Of a DNA stretch of 64,000 nt, positions 47,921 through 61,900 are shown piece by piece. A program made the translations under genes and the position numbers. The first letter of the stretch is position 1. Every line of letters starts with the position of its first letter. The stretch is from Yuukianura sp. NJ FZ-2021 (taxonomy: Eukaryota), in the NCBI GenBank assembly GCA_046563655.1, contig CM102287.1, positions 2,418,001-2,482,000 of the forward strand, in the 5' to 3' direction. The notes below the pieces were generated by a model. The model worked only from the letters and a program-made list of their open reading frames with translations. It made no database searches and had not been told where the DNA came from.

Positions 47921-50611
47921 TCATTTCTTGTTTCCAGCTTCTGCGAGTGGTTTGTGTGACTCTGGATCTCCGTCGCTGGAAATAGAATTCCCCGATCTTT
48001 GTTTCCCACCACGACGCCTTCTGTTTCCAGTCCCACCAGAACTTGACCCTTGACCTCCTTTGTCTGGAATGTTGTTCTCACTGTTCCCACCTTGACCGCG
48101 AGGAGTCTTCCCTGGCTTCACTTTCGTCCCAGCAGCAGCCACGCCCGTGAAAGGAATCAGCTTCGTGATGTTCCCCACCGCTTTCGTTCGGCCTTCACGA
48201 AACACCTATAGATCAAAAGTCAGGTCAAAACTGTAAAGTTTTCAAACGCATCTTCATAAAAGTTTTAGAAATTGTGAAATATGGTTACTATTCTTGTTCC
48301 GGTATTTAGATATTCGGGATGCTTCATGAAGCGAAAGTGTACTCCAGCCTTGTCACCAGTCCTCAGACACTCTTGAGACATTGAGATGATGCTGGCCGTC
48401 TGTCGAATACTTCCGCAGTGCACTGGAAAAGAAATCAGAAACATCTCACAATTATTACTCCGATACTTGGCAAATGTGCTGCGGAAGTATTCGTGTTATT
48501 TGAATTTGAATTTTATTTGACCAAATACCCATTGCTTGGTAGCGAGTACTGATGGTGGTGGGATGATGAAGCACAAGTATTTCTCCCTCAAACTCCCAGC
48601 AGGCAGTTGGATTCAATGCTGGCGAAACCAGGACCATTCCCTTCCGGATTTGAGATCTTTTTATCTAAGAAGAAACGCAAACATTAACATTTATTTTTGC
48701 TTAAACTTCAATAAGATTTCTATAATTACAATATTAACTTACTTTTTTGAGTGAGAATGACGCTGTTTGACCTCCAATGACCCTGGTGACGGGCATTCTC
48801 TTTCTGTGAATTGATTTAATTGCGATTGGATTAAAATGACCAGTAGGATCAGGTCCCAGCAGAAGCACATCGTTCAGGTTAATCGTTCCTCGCAGACAGG
48901 TTCCACTTACGACCGTTCCAACTCCTGCAATTTCAACACATCAAATTAGTTTTCAAAAAAAAAACTTTAAAAAAAGAAAGTTGAAGTTTTTTAAAAACTT
49001 CAGAGTCGCTCACCCGGAACGGAGTAAGTTTCATCAATCTGGAACTCTGCAGGATCATCTTGGAGGGAAGGATTGCGTACACTTAGAAGATTAAGAAACA
49101 TCGTCAGGAGTTGCAGATTTTCTCCAGTGACGTTGCTCACTTGGAACACTGGACACAGTCTAAAACATCAAAATTTGATCTCAACTTGTTCAAAATATTT
49201 TGAAAAGTGAAATTACACTTTGAAAAATCAAAGTTTACCTCTCAGACACAAAATTAGTTGCACTAAGGACTACATCGTCTGCTGTCTTGACTATTACTGG
49301 TACTTTGCGACAACCGGGGGACTTGAGAATCTTGATGAGGAGTTGCAGTGTTTCCTGAAGGACGTTTGGAGGACACATGTCAATCTTTGTCACAACTACA
49401 AACACAGGGACGCTAAGTGCCAGAGCAAGTCCTGAAACAACAATCATAATTTTTTATAACTTTTCAAACATTTTTGACTAAAAGGAGTTAAAATTTTAAA
49501 TGTCAACGTTTTTTTTCTACTAACCCAAGTGCTCCTTGGTCATTCCAACAATTCCAGCATTGGATCCGATCTGTAACAAGTAAATTCAAAAAATTGTCAT
49601 CATTTTCAAAAAATCGAAACGAAATGAATGTTTTTGAATTTCAATTTAGAAATTAACCATTAGCATTCCATAATGGGGAGCGTGTCCCGTCATCCCAAAC
49701 ACGGTTGTCTTTAGATATCGTTCGTGACCTGCGAGGTCAATGAACGTTATGACTTTGGACGATTTTTCACAAATATGCGTCCAATCCAAAGAACCATGCT
49801 CTGCCTTGTTCACAACTCCGCCTGATCATCGCAAATTGTAAAATTAGCACAGCGAAAGTTCTAAAACTATTAATTTTTTTTAGTAAAGTGTGTTTTTCTT
49901 CGTACCTTGATGATCGAATCCCAGAATGTCATTGCCAACAGACGATGTCCGACCGGATTCCATTTCGTGCTTATGACGAAAAAGCTTCTGCCTGGCAAAT
50001 CCTCTGCCGTTATCCAAAATTCCATGAGTCAGAACTCCAAGGAGGGTGGATTTACCAGCATCAACATTTCCAACAACAGCAACTCTAAACAAAATCAAAA
50101 ATTATCAAAAATTATACTTTCATTTCTGAAATTTCGAAATAGAGAACATGAGTTTTTACCTGATTTCGGCAAAATCTCGTTCTGGAGCAATTTGTCGTAT
50201 GAGATACTGGGCGTAAATGCTGCTCTCGTGTTCTTTCTTCTCCCGCAACTGGACACAAGATGCTCCGATGGAACTGGCCACTGATTGCAGAGTTGCAACT
50301 GAAGCGTCGAAATCTTCCTGTGACAGCCCCGTGCTTCCTTCGCAGTGATCTCCAACGTTAAAAATAGTTTCTCCATTGCCATCTTTTATGCTTTGCTTGA
50401 TCCTTGAAACTAGAAATTCATACTCTTCTTCATTGGGACTCACCAAACATATCTGCAATTACAAAATTCAACATTAGAGTGTACAGAATTGATAAATTGA
50501 AGACCAATTCAATTAAAAACCAACCTTTCCCGCTCCGTCAGCTTCTCCATTTGTGGCCGGCTTCGCTTCTTTCTTCGGTGAGTCCAGTTGCGAATCAAGA
50601 ACAGCCGCCAT
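47921..50611 (-). CDS. GTPBP1: GTP-binding protein 1 (translational GTPase)
   Basis: [75 protein letters not shown] and [10 protein letters not shown]. Confidence 0.95.
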
Positions 50612-52214
50612 GCCGTTCGACCGGTTTCGGAACAGAACCCGGTCGACCTTGATTCTTGACTGACAATTCCGATCCGGCTTCCTTTTCAAACGTCAAGATC
50701 AGCAGAACGAATGGATCAGCCTATTGATTTCCCTAGTGCCGAGATATCCAAGTATCCAAATGTGAAGTGCTGTGTAAGTAGATCTTGAGGATGTCAAGTG
50801 CCAATGCCTAGATACCAACAAAATATAGTAATTAGGTTCCAATTGAATCTACGATTCCCCATCTTGCACAACTTTTGACTTTATTACTCTGCGTTAATAA
50901 AACGTTTTCAAATGAAAACGTTCTACAATTGTCCAATTCTGGGAATCCACTATAAACTCAACCCCTAAAATGAATCAGTATCAGTGACCCCAAAAGCAAA
51001 ACCTCCCAAAAAACAACAGACAGAGTATCAGGGGTGACGCTTTTCCCAATAAATCTTGCATCATCTTTTTACTGACCAATGTTTTCCTACTGTTCTATGT
51101 TAAATTAACTAAAGAAATTAATTTCCGATATTTTACCCTATTCACGTTTCAGTTTCGAATTGTGAAGCTAAATTTATGCAAAGTTAATCACACGTCAGCG
51201 CTATTTCATCAAAGTCCTGCTTCTATTCCAATATTGTCCATTTTGGTGGAATTCGTTATTGGTTTTTAGCGTAAAATCCTAAACGAAAGCACAGAACTCC
51301 TGATTATGAAGATAACATATTGACGATAAGAGTCAAAAAGTCAATTAATAAACACATCTCAATCTGGAATCTGGACATTGCACAAGTGGATGAGAATACA
51401 AATTACAGTAAAACTGGATATGATTCGTATGCTGTTTACCGTTTAGTGGTTAGCTGCACTTTTTAGTGACGATTGACCAAAAAATGAAATTCACATTGTG
51501 AATAACCAACCTGCGGCACCACACAACACAAAAACCGATTGTATCGTTACCATATTATTTGGCATAGTATGGTGTATTTCCTCCAAAAAAGTAACGAAAA
51601 GAGTCAATTTGACACATTGGAAAGTGAGTGAGATGAAATTCAATCCTTTTATCCCCTTTTCATCTCAACACTCTCTCCAATTATTAATTAGGTGAGCAGT
51701 GAACAGGTGAACTTCAATCCAAGATTTGAGATTCAACAAGAGTTTCTTCCTTACGGTAGGAATCCTGCTACCTGTTGAAGTTGAGTAATCGCTGCCTTTG
51801 TTGCCGCTGGTCTTCTATCTTTCATTATTGTTCTTTAAACAATCCAAATCTCAAACTCCGAGATCTTCTTTGTAATCGTGATTATGGATTATCGTCGCCG
51901 TCTTTAATTATTAGTGATTAATAAAACAATTAAATTTTGGCACCTCAAAAACTAGGTCAAGGATACTCTACCCGGATCCGAGATTTAAGGGGTCCCACTC
52001 ATGTCACGTGGATTGAGCACACTCGCTGCTTTCGCTTGGACACTTTAGTTACACTTCGGAATCTCGCGTCTGGGGTTGATCAGCAACGAAACTACTGCAC
52101 TTAATTTGTTCAAAACGCACAAAAATTTATAACTAACTTGACTAAAGGATGTGTGCTATTTATTCCTCTAATAAATAATCGACGGGTATTGTAGTCGATT
52201 TCATCGTTATTTTT

Positions 52215-52387
52215 GGCATTCCTGAGACTTACATAGATTTCATCCAGAAGAAATTTTAGGCATTCCTGAGACTTAGCTAGATTGCACCAAGAAGAAATTT
52301 TCGGTATGCCTGAGACTTAGCTAGATTTCATCAAGCAGAAATTTTAGGTATTCCTGAGACTGAGCTAGATTGGATCAAGAAATTTCA
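52215..52387. repeat. 44-bp minisatellite, 4 copies
   Basis: GG(C/T)ATTCCTGAGACTTAGCTAGATT..ATCAAGAAGAAATTTT starting at 52215, 52259, 52303 and 52347. Confidence 0.9.
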
Positions 52388-52524
52388 GATTCGAAATCTA
52401 AGTCCAAAAACGGTATAAAACGATATTTTAATCGTAAAAAATCGAATGGAAGTTTTTGCAGAATTTGTCCCAACGGAGAAGCGTAGTTTAGGAGCACGCA
52501 CACAAACGGCACAGTTATTAAAAC

Positions 52525-52760
52525 CAGTCTTTGCCATGTCTGCTTACTGGGTAGTTGCCAATTAAAATAAAATCTAAAGTAACAGAATTCTAACCAATCA
52601 CATAAATTAATCTACTACATGGGATGTAATATTCTAATCTAATCAATTTTAGGTTAGGGTAGACTATTATATTTTGTTTCACAGAAAGTGTTTATGTAAT
52701 TAGACTAAGATAGAGGTCATTTCTGAGCATGGTATTTCAAGTCGTTCATGGCAAAGACTG
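52525..52760. mobile_element. 236-bp MITE-like element with 14-bp perfect TIR (CAG...CTG ends)
   Basis: CAGTCTTTGCCATG at 52525-52538 and CATGGCAAAGACTG at 52747-52760. No clean TSD. Confidence 0.6.
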
Positions 52761-53401
52761 TCAAAATTGGCTAACAGATTTCGCAGCTCTGCCTCTGTGT
52801 AGTTTCACTTTTCTTGTTCGTCATTTCTGCTTTTCCCCTCTGCGTTCCCATTTGAAAGTCTGATTGTAAAAGGTCATGGTCCTCCAGTCAATCAGTTGAA
52901 GGCAATCGTTCACTAATCAATCCCTCCGTCCAGCTCCAGTCAACCTCAGGTAATGTGATTTTACAGTGTAGTTTATTGTATTTTAGAATTAGCTGGCGCT
53001 GGATGTTGGCGACATTTCGCTCTCCCTTTTAGAATCTTCCGTTGACGTTAACCACTTTCATTCATTTGTCACTTTTTAGAAAGCAACCACATCTTAATTC
53101 ACTGCACCACATCTGCTAACAGGTCATCGATCCACCTCTATACTTCATCAACCTCTGAAGATCACCCTGTTGACCTCTCAACCTGCACAAACTTGGTTGT
53201 TCACAAGGATGTGCCTTTGAGGCTTACTTATCTATCACTTAGGAAGTTTCTCGATTCATCAATTGGTAAGTCCATTGGATGATGGTTTGTACGCCATTAT
53301 CAACTAAGCAGTTGATTTACAGTGATTCATGTTATGTCACAGATTCAGCAGGATCTGTGAAGAATTTGATTCAAACGTTTTTTTAGCAAAATTGGTCCAC
53401 G

Positions 53402-56400
53402 ATGCTTGAACATTGTCCGCACATGATCAAAGCCGTGAGTCAGCAGAAGCTAAAGAAGAAATTCGACCCCAAGAATAAATTCGATGCAAAGCCTTTGTGC
53501 AAACCCTGCAACTTCAGTGCATTTGGTTTCCACAATGAGGTGAGTCATGTTTCAATTCTGCACAATTTAATGACTTATATCACTGTATATTATTTCCTCC
53601 AGTTGTGGATCTGCTTGCAATGTGGGAAAACTGGATGTGGAGATGCAGAGGCTCAGAATGGAGATGCACAGAACCATTTCACCAACGTAGCGGACTCTGA
53701 CACTCATTCCATTGCTCTCCATATCGATCGTGATCTAAAATGCTGGTAAATAAATAAACAAGGTCAAAGATTACAGGAAAAAACGTTGACTGATAAGCTC
53801 TGTGTGCACTCGTAGGTGTTTTTCCTGCAAGGAGGAACTGGACAGGAAGAGTGGACACTTGAAAGATGTTGTGGCCCTGGTGAAGGCCAGTGTCACCTTC
53901 CCCCACATACCTCAAAGAACGGAGAAAGCTAGGAAGTGTCAACCAGATCCACCTTGCGCCATGGCCATCCCACTTCCTCCCCCGCAACCTCGAGCTCCTC
54001 CGCCGCTTAGCGACGTCAAAGAGTTTCCTGAAATGGAGTCTCCGAGTCGCAATCAGTACAAAGGGAACAATCGCTTCAATTCCAAGAAGCAATCCAACTA
54101 CTCACCAATAACTTCGTCTAAACCAGCCGTAAAAACCCTAACAATTCCTTATCTAGCAATCTTCTTAGCCGACAACGACTCATTTTTTTTTTTTTCGTAA
54201 ACAGGGACTTACTAACTTGGGCAACACTTGCTTTATGAACTCCACTCTCCAGTGTTTAGCCAGCACTCGTCTTCTGATTCCCAAATTGGAAATATTCGGG
54301 AGGGACCAACACATCTCCATGCTTGTGACTCAGAGTCAAGATGATGCAATTATTGCTGTCATGAGTCCCAAGAAAGATGATGGCAACGAACCAGTTGTTG
54401 CCACCCATGTAGTAGAATGTGGTGATGGTGACAACAGTGGTGATGGTGACAACAATGGTGACATCAGTGATAGCAGCGACATCTCCAAACCACTCCAAAT
54501 TACCCTTGATATTGGCCCTGAAACCATGACAGGAAGACTACGACAAACTATTCGCGGGATAAGAAAGTTCGAGACTGCACAATATCGTGGTATGAGTCAC
54601 AATCATGAAATTATAAAACTGTTGAACTTACTAATTTTTAAATCTTTAATTGCAGATGAAGATGCAAATAATGAAGTGGTGAGCAGCAGAAACGCTTCGT
54701 CTTCTTGGTACAACGCTTATCGTCCTGGAGAAGTGCATGAGTTGGTGGCAAAGAACTTTCGGCGTGGTGCTCAACACGATGCACACGAACTTCTGCGTAC
54801 CATTGTTGATATGATGAAGAAGGATCAGACTAAGGTTTAATTAACTCTTTCTCAATTAATCTCTCAATTATATTTGTAAACTGGCAACTCATTCGAGTAT
54901 TCTCTTTTGTACAGGCGTTTCGGCAAGCTATCATGAAGCATTATGGAGTCAAGAAAGGCGGAGAGGGATCTGACCCTGCTCTTGTGGAAATGGTAAGTAT
55001 TATGAAACTAAAACTAACTTTTTTAAACTAACTTTAATAGTAAAGTTAGGTTTTAAAAGTTACTTTACTTATAAAGTTGACGAGAGAATAAAATATTCAT
55101 GATTTGTTAGGTCAAATCCTTGGACGAAAAAGTGAAACACAAAACGTTTGTGGATGATGTTTTTGGTGGTGAGCTTGTGACCACTCAGACATGTCTCACC
55201 TGTAAGCGAGTCAAGAGTTCCCACGAACAATTTCTGGATTTAAGTCTTCCACTTCGTGTGGTAAGTTTACATTTTTAGTCTTTTCATTTCCATGTTTTTA
55301 CTTTTCAACTTTATTCATGTAGATCAAACATGGGGAATCTGAAAAGAAGCAGGCGAGGAGAAGCTACTTCAACGATGACAGGGCCAACATGACCATAATG
55401 AGTAACTTTTTAAAAAATATACTAAAATTTAGAAAACATTACTAATTTTTAAATTTTTCTAAAAATTGTGTTTTTTTTTCCAGAATCACTGCACGAGTGC
55501 CTAATACACTTTACTGAAGCTGAGCTTCTGACTGGTTCCAATGTCGTTGAGTGTGAGAACTGTCATAGAATGAACCTGGAGAAGATCGAGGGCGGGATGA
55601 GTCCAGAAGAAGTTTTCCCTTCACTTGCCACTAGTTCTGACAAAAGCAGTTCTCAGAGTTCACCAGACAGCGAGAGGAAAACAATGACCAAGAGTCAGGA
55701 GGAGAGGAAGAAAAAGCGCCAACTAAGAAAAGCAAGGCAGCGCGTCAGCAACAATTCGCTTCAGAAAGAAACTCTCGAAGAAAATGAAACTGAAAAGGAA
55801 GCAGTGGCTGGCCGTTCTGCAGTTATCATGTCTGTAGTGGAAAACTATTTTCAAGAAGACAGCGAAAAGGAAACCAAGTTGACAGTAGAAGGAAAAGTGA
55901 GTGAAGGCGACTCTTCCACTCATACGCTAGATGGTTATGTCGTTTTGGAGCAACCGACTATACAAACAAAAGAAGATGAGACTGACCCGTTATTACCCCA
56001 GAGTGGAGGTCAAGCTGAGGAGACTCAATTCATGGAGCAGGAGTTCGATGATGGTGAAATTCCCCCTCTTGTGGAAGATCCTGAACCATCCAGCAGTACA
56101 CTTGGAGCATCTAAAAAGATCTCCGAGTCTCTTCAACATCTGAATTTGAAGTTAGATGGAGATGAAGAGCAGGAACTGAGTGAAGCCGGAGCAGATATTG
56201 ATGAAGACTTTGACTTGCCACCAGCAGTCGACGGAATTGGCGGAAGTGCTTCAGATGACGAAGAAGAGAAAATGCCTAATCTGGATTTGGGACTTCCAAC
56301 GTTCGATAAGTTCCTGAACTTTGAACTTCAGACGATCGAAGATCCAGAAATTGTGGTCAAAGAGCCGTTAATTGAGAAACCAGCGACAGCTGATGAAGGA

Positions 56401-57610
56401 TTTTCTGAAGGCGAGAACTCAATGTCAGTGGACAACGATGTAACGGGAGCAGTTCGAATGTCACAAGGACCGTCAGCCTCGTCCAGCCGAAACTCATTGT
56501 CGGATTCAGACGAAACCAGCAAATCATCGAGTAATGACGAAGTTCAAGGAGCCGGGACAGTAAAGTCCCAAATTCCTAAAGTCACCAAGTGCCCTTGCTC
56601 AAGACAACAACAGATCTCTCGCCCTCCAGAAAACTTGACCATCCATTTCAAACGTTTTCAAATGTCACTGGGCGGATATCCTACCAAAATCTCCGACCAT
56701 GTCAACTATCCTATGATTCTGGATTTGACGGAATTCTGCTCTCTGGAAGGCGGGAAGTCCGAAGGAGTTTTTGATGAAGAGGAGCAAGTTCTGTACTCTC
56801 TGTATGGAATAGTAGAGCACAGTGGGAGTATGAACTGGGGTCACTATGTAGCCTATGTCAAAGCCAGTGATAATGACAAGCAGTGGTATCACATTAGTGA
56901 CTCCAGTGTGAGTATGGCGGCCTTCAACCGTGTCACGTCCGTCGAGGCCTACATTTTGTTCTATGAACGAATCCGAGGTGAAGAGAAGAAACGAAAACTG
57001 AACGTTTGTGTTCCTGATCCATCCATTCCAGAATCAGCGACTGCTGGAGTTGGAGACTGTGAAGAAGCAGGACCAGCTGACTACTCAAACACAAATTGGA
57101 AACAAGAGAATACTGGAAGTAGTTGGTCTAAAGCTGCTGGAGAAGCGATTCTTGGATACCTTGGAGTGGATCCGCCAGCACAATCTTGGAACAAAGGAAA
57201 TGGATATGAAATCGTCAGTGGATCAATTACAAATGGAGATGCTGCGATGAATGAGTCGGTTCTGGATGATCAACTGCCGTCAATTCTTGTAAACAGTTCG
57301 GAAGAACCGACTGCCCCGCCTATGGAACAGAAATGGAATCGAGGTGATTAGTTATAGATGTACAGTTTTTTAATTACTTTTATTGAGAGATGAGACGTTA
57401 GCTAAACGTTTGTTTTGATTTTTAGTGACTACTGATTGGATCCATGTTCCAAATGAACCGAGTCCACTGCTGGAGGATTGGGATTCAGAAGAGCCGCCTG
57501 TTGATCCCAGCTTAATTCAAGTCGTGGCTTCTGGAAATGAAATGGAGGCGACGGAAGAGGCCCCACGGAGTCAATTTCCGGTGGTTTTAGCTTGGGATCG
57601 TGGAGGTTAA
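53402..57610 (+). CDS. Ubiquitin-specific protease with zf-UBP domain (USP16/USP45-like)
   Basis: zf-UBP (CPH...LWICLQCGKTGCG...HF), Cys box GLTNLGNTCFMNSTLQCL, QHDAHELLR, His box EHSGSMNWGHYVAYVK, WYHISDS and AYILFYER. Terminal exon 57426-57610 is inferred; without it the stop is at 57351. Confidence 0.9.
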
Positions 57611-58104
57611 ACGCCAGATTTAGAGTTCACTCTCACTTTATCATCATCGTTTCTCGTCCTTGAATCAGCGAAAGTTGAAACTTTAACTTTCATTGAAGTT
57701 AAAATCATGAATCGTGATTGAGTAGTTTCAGAATTTATTCTGGAAAAGTGAAAATTTAAGCTGACCTTAGAATGTGCTGGATTAGCATTGTAATTAATTC
57801 TGTTTCAATTCTTGATGTTAAGGTGGGAGAGTGAACTCTATCTCTGGATGTAAGAGGAAACGGAACTAGGAAGGGAAAATGGAAGGTTAAAATCGGAGTG
57901 ATCAGTGACCCAATTTAAATGTAATATGTACACTATAATCTAAAATTGCGAATGAATCTAATTAACTGAATGAGTACTAGATTGTCAATACTTTACAAAC
58001 AGGAAGTGGCACATAAGTTAGGAGTAAATGAGCTGTACAATGTGAATACTTCTTTTCCTTGATTAAAATTAATTAATACTTACGCAAATAAACTGTCGAA
58101 TTCA

Positions 58105-58700
58105 ATTAATTGCTGCAAAATGGAGGAGTTAAACGATTAAAGTAATTAATTACTGAAAAAACAACTGATTAATTTTAAAACATGAGTCACGTAAGCCAGT
58201 AATGGCGGGAAAATGGAGGGAATTATTTTTTGAAATAATTTATTTGGTTTGTGTAGGAGCTACTCGCCCAATCCAATGTCACCCGAATAATTTGTGTGGT
58301 TGTAGTAGCAGTTACTGCACAGCCCCCTTGTCACCCTCTCTCATTTTGAACTGAACTTTAACATGGGGAGATAGGCAGAAGACAGGAAAAGTTGACAGGA
58401 GATTATAAGAAGCACGAAGGCTACACACCCTCCTGCCCCTATTCCTTTCCCCGCACTTCCCTTCCTTATTACAAAAAGGAGGGAACAAAAATGGCCCTAT
58501 CTCGCCTCTCTGCTTCGTATGATCCCCTATCAACTTTTTCTCTCTCGCGAAGCTTCCCAATACAAAACACTCACAGATCTCACTTCAAAATTTTAAAAAC
58601 TTTGGAATTTCCTAACTCAGGAATTAAATGTGTTAGACAAGAGATCTCTTCGCCAATCAATTCATAATAATCTCACAAATTTTTGAAAATGTTAATTGTT
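58105..58700 (+). mobile_element. Dispersed repeat, copy 3 (uninterrupted at the insertion site)
   Basis: Homologous to copies 1 and 2; contains a single ATTAAAGTAA at 58136-58145. Confidence 0.8.
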
Positions 58701-58967
58701 CAAAAAATTCTATTTTAAAAAACATTTTTTTCAAAGTTTGAAATTTTGATTAGTATACCAGATTGGCTGATCGTACCTATCCCTTGTCTAAGCGTTTTAG
58801 CAGTCAAGAATTTTAGAAAATTATGCCTGGCTGAGAATTTAAAAATATTGAGTGCATCCATATTTTCATCGTTTTTGCTTGTAAATTTTTACGTCTTTAT
58901 ACATGAATTGTGACATAAATGAAATGAAATGAATAGTATGAATCTGTGCATCTCTCCGGTGATGTGA

Positions 58968-61900
58968 TTAAACTGGAACTGATTCAATTGAATTGGTGGT
59001 TCCCGCTTCCAGGTCCTCCACATCCTTTCCAGAACCTTCACTTCCAGAACTGGAGGATTGATTGTCGCCATGGTCACTCTCGCTTTCTAGTTTAGATTTG
59101 CCGAACGAGCTGGCTGCTTTTCTTTTGCGATGGTACCAGTAGGCCCCACCACCCACCAGCCCCACCACAAGCAGCACCAGAAACACAATCAACACAATGC
59201 CCTCGGGCGACTCAAAAAATGAGTAAGGTGGGGCAACGGTGGTGGTCGTGTCGGGGTCATCGGTGGGTCCGGGAGGATTCGTACTTGAAGGTGGTGCTTG
59301 AGTAGTAGTTGTTGTTGTTGGTGGTACTTCAACTTCTTGTGGCGTCAGTCTAGCCACTGTCGACAGCTCAGACTAAATAGTTTTTAGAAAAGTTAGAATT
59401 ATTTGAACAAACTTTTTAAAAAATGTGGACACCTTACTTCGACAATGACTGTGTCAATCAGAATCGATTTGATGGCAAAGTACAGCAAATTCAGTTGGGG
59501 AGAAACAACCTCCGAAAAATGTTGCAAATTGCCCGGTTCCTCCATGTTGCCAGAAATTTCTGCCACCAGTTTAGCATCAGCAGTGAGTACTGGCACCAAA
59601 TCACTCTGCTTAGTAGCTCCATACAGCTTATACTGTTCAACTGAAATTTCGAAAACAGTTTTTAGAAAAGTTTTTAAAAATTTTTTTTCCAAAAATGCTC
59701 AATTTTTAAATCCAACCTTTGGCTGCTTCGTTTCCTACGACTTTGGGAACTGTCCATCTAAAGTCAACGCCATCCGTCACCGACAGGCTTTTCACTGCCA
59801 CAAAATCTGTGATTCGCTCAGGAACGTTCTAAAATCATGTTCAAACAGCAAATTTTTTTAAAAAAAAGTTAAGAAACTGAACGTTTAAGTTTAAAATGTT
59901 ACCAAGTTGGGGTAGTTGTTGACATTGGAGAATGAAATTGGTTCTAGTACGGCTGCTGTGAGCGAAATTTGCTGCGTAAGCAACACTGACCCGCATCCAG
60001 AAGCGCCACACCCAATTTCAATTTGGTCCACCGGAAGTAGACCACTTGACCTCGCACCACTTGACCTCGCAACACTTGACCTCGCACCACTGAGGTCGCT
60101 TGACACATGGACTGAGATTGTATAAGAATCTCCATCGACAGGAGGAACGAAATTGGCAGAGTAAATTCCGTCCAGACTTTCAGCGTCCGGGTTTCCAGCG
60201 CCATCGTCCTTCAAGGTCACTTCGTATTTGGATTCATCGTAAGTGACAGTGGCCTTCACAATTGCATTTCCTACTGGTTTTCCATCAAGGTCAACCTAAG
60301 AAAAAGTTTTTGAAAATTCAAAACCAAAATTTATAAAGAAAAAACTTAAGAAAAAGTCGTGACTTGCTGCCGTGCATCGTGATTTGCAAACTGAATTTAA
60401 TTTTTTATTTATACTTACTTTTGCATAAATTGCAAACGGCATTGAAGTTACACCAAAATCAACAGCATTTTGTTCCGCTGACGTCGTGACGCTGATTTTG
60501 ACAAGCGCTGATTCATGTGGGTTCGTCAAATCTACAAACTTTTCGGTAATCGTCACAAGTCCTTTGTGACCTGAACATTCAGCGACTGCGCAAGTATAAC
60601 TGAATTGAATTGTATCACCCTAGAAAACAAAAGGTCAATTACTCAAAGGTCAAGGTCACTCAAAGTCAAAGGTCCCGACCACTTACGTCTGTAATGACTT
60701 CATGAATGTAAACTTGAGTTGACCTCCTGTTGACCTCTCCGTCTGGTCTCCCCCATTCAGGGTTCGTTTGTATGAGTGGACTGCTGGTTCCAGCGATTAT
60801 GAGCGTCGCTTGAGCAGCGTCTTCAATTGTCAGCGAAACTGTCACTGTTGATTCCTTCGTCACGTCAACTGAAATAGGAGTCGAGGCAGGTTCCACGAAT
60901 TGGCGGTAAATCTAAAAAAGTAGAAAAATGTTGAAAAAGTTTTCGTTTTTTCAAAACTATTTCTTTGTATTATTTGTACTGGAAGGTCAATAGGTGTGGC
61001 TGGATCTGCTGGAACTGTAATTTCTGCAGCAACTTCTTCCAAGAACGTCAAAAAATTTGACGCAGACGTTGTTGCGTCGTTTAAATTGACGTAGGCCCCT
61101 CCAGTGCGTGTCGTTAGGGACTTCAAATCCAAAATTTCGGCACTTGGAGTCGAAATTTCGGCGGTGTACAGCGCAATTCGGTTTCTGGCTAGAGCCAGGT
61201 ACACGTCTTCTTCGTACTCGAAACCTAAAAATTGCAAAAATCTTTTGCATCTTGAAATTTTTTTTTTGACTTTTGCAAAAAAAAGCAAACCTGAATAGTT
61301 TGGCGGTAGAGTTCCAGTTTTTATAACGATCAAAGCCGCACCGTTTTCGAAATTCATTTTCTCAATTTGTTTAACCGCTTGATGCAAAGCTTTACTGAAG
61401 TCTCTCTCGCCTCCATCAGTCGGCCAGTCTCCAATACCCCTAAAATTTTGAAGGTTTTGAAAATTTGAAATTTCCGAAATTTAATATTTTGGACAACCTA
61501 CATCAAAATTTTGTTCCGGTTTTGACCAAGTGTGTTCCATGCAACAACTTCTTGGATTGATTCATAGTCGGCTCCTGGAAATTGTCCAAGCGTCACCAAA
61601 ACATTTTCGTCTCCGAAATCTGCAAAGAATCTCCCCAATTCTGGTACGATTGTATTCACAACTGGAATTGAATGGTCATCCTGTAAGTTCACAATTCAAA
61701 ATTTTGAAATTCGAAGAAAAAAAAAAGTTTTCAAAATTTTGATTTTGGTATTACCAAAGCTCCTTTGTCCAAAAGAATGTAGACTGGACGAGCAGCTGAG
61801 ATGTGCTTGACTACTTTGAATGTCGTAACTGGAATGTCGCCATTTAGTTGCTGCGAACTAGTTGCAATTTCGTAGTCTTTCGTTTTTCGAATGACCTCCC

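Noticed and set aside
37522..58667. Three ORFs starting MTGDYKKHEGYTP (37522, 46522, 58392) as a gene family
   Set aside because: They lie inside the dispersed repeat, start at TTG, and diverge by frameshifts.
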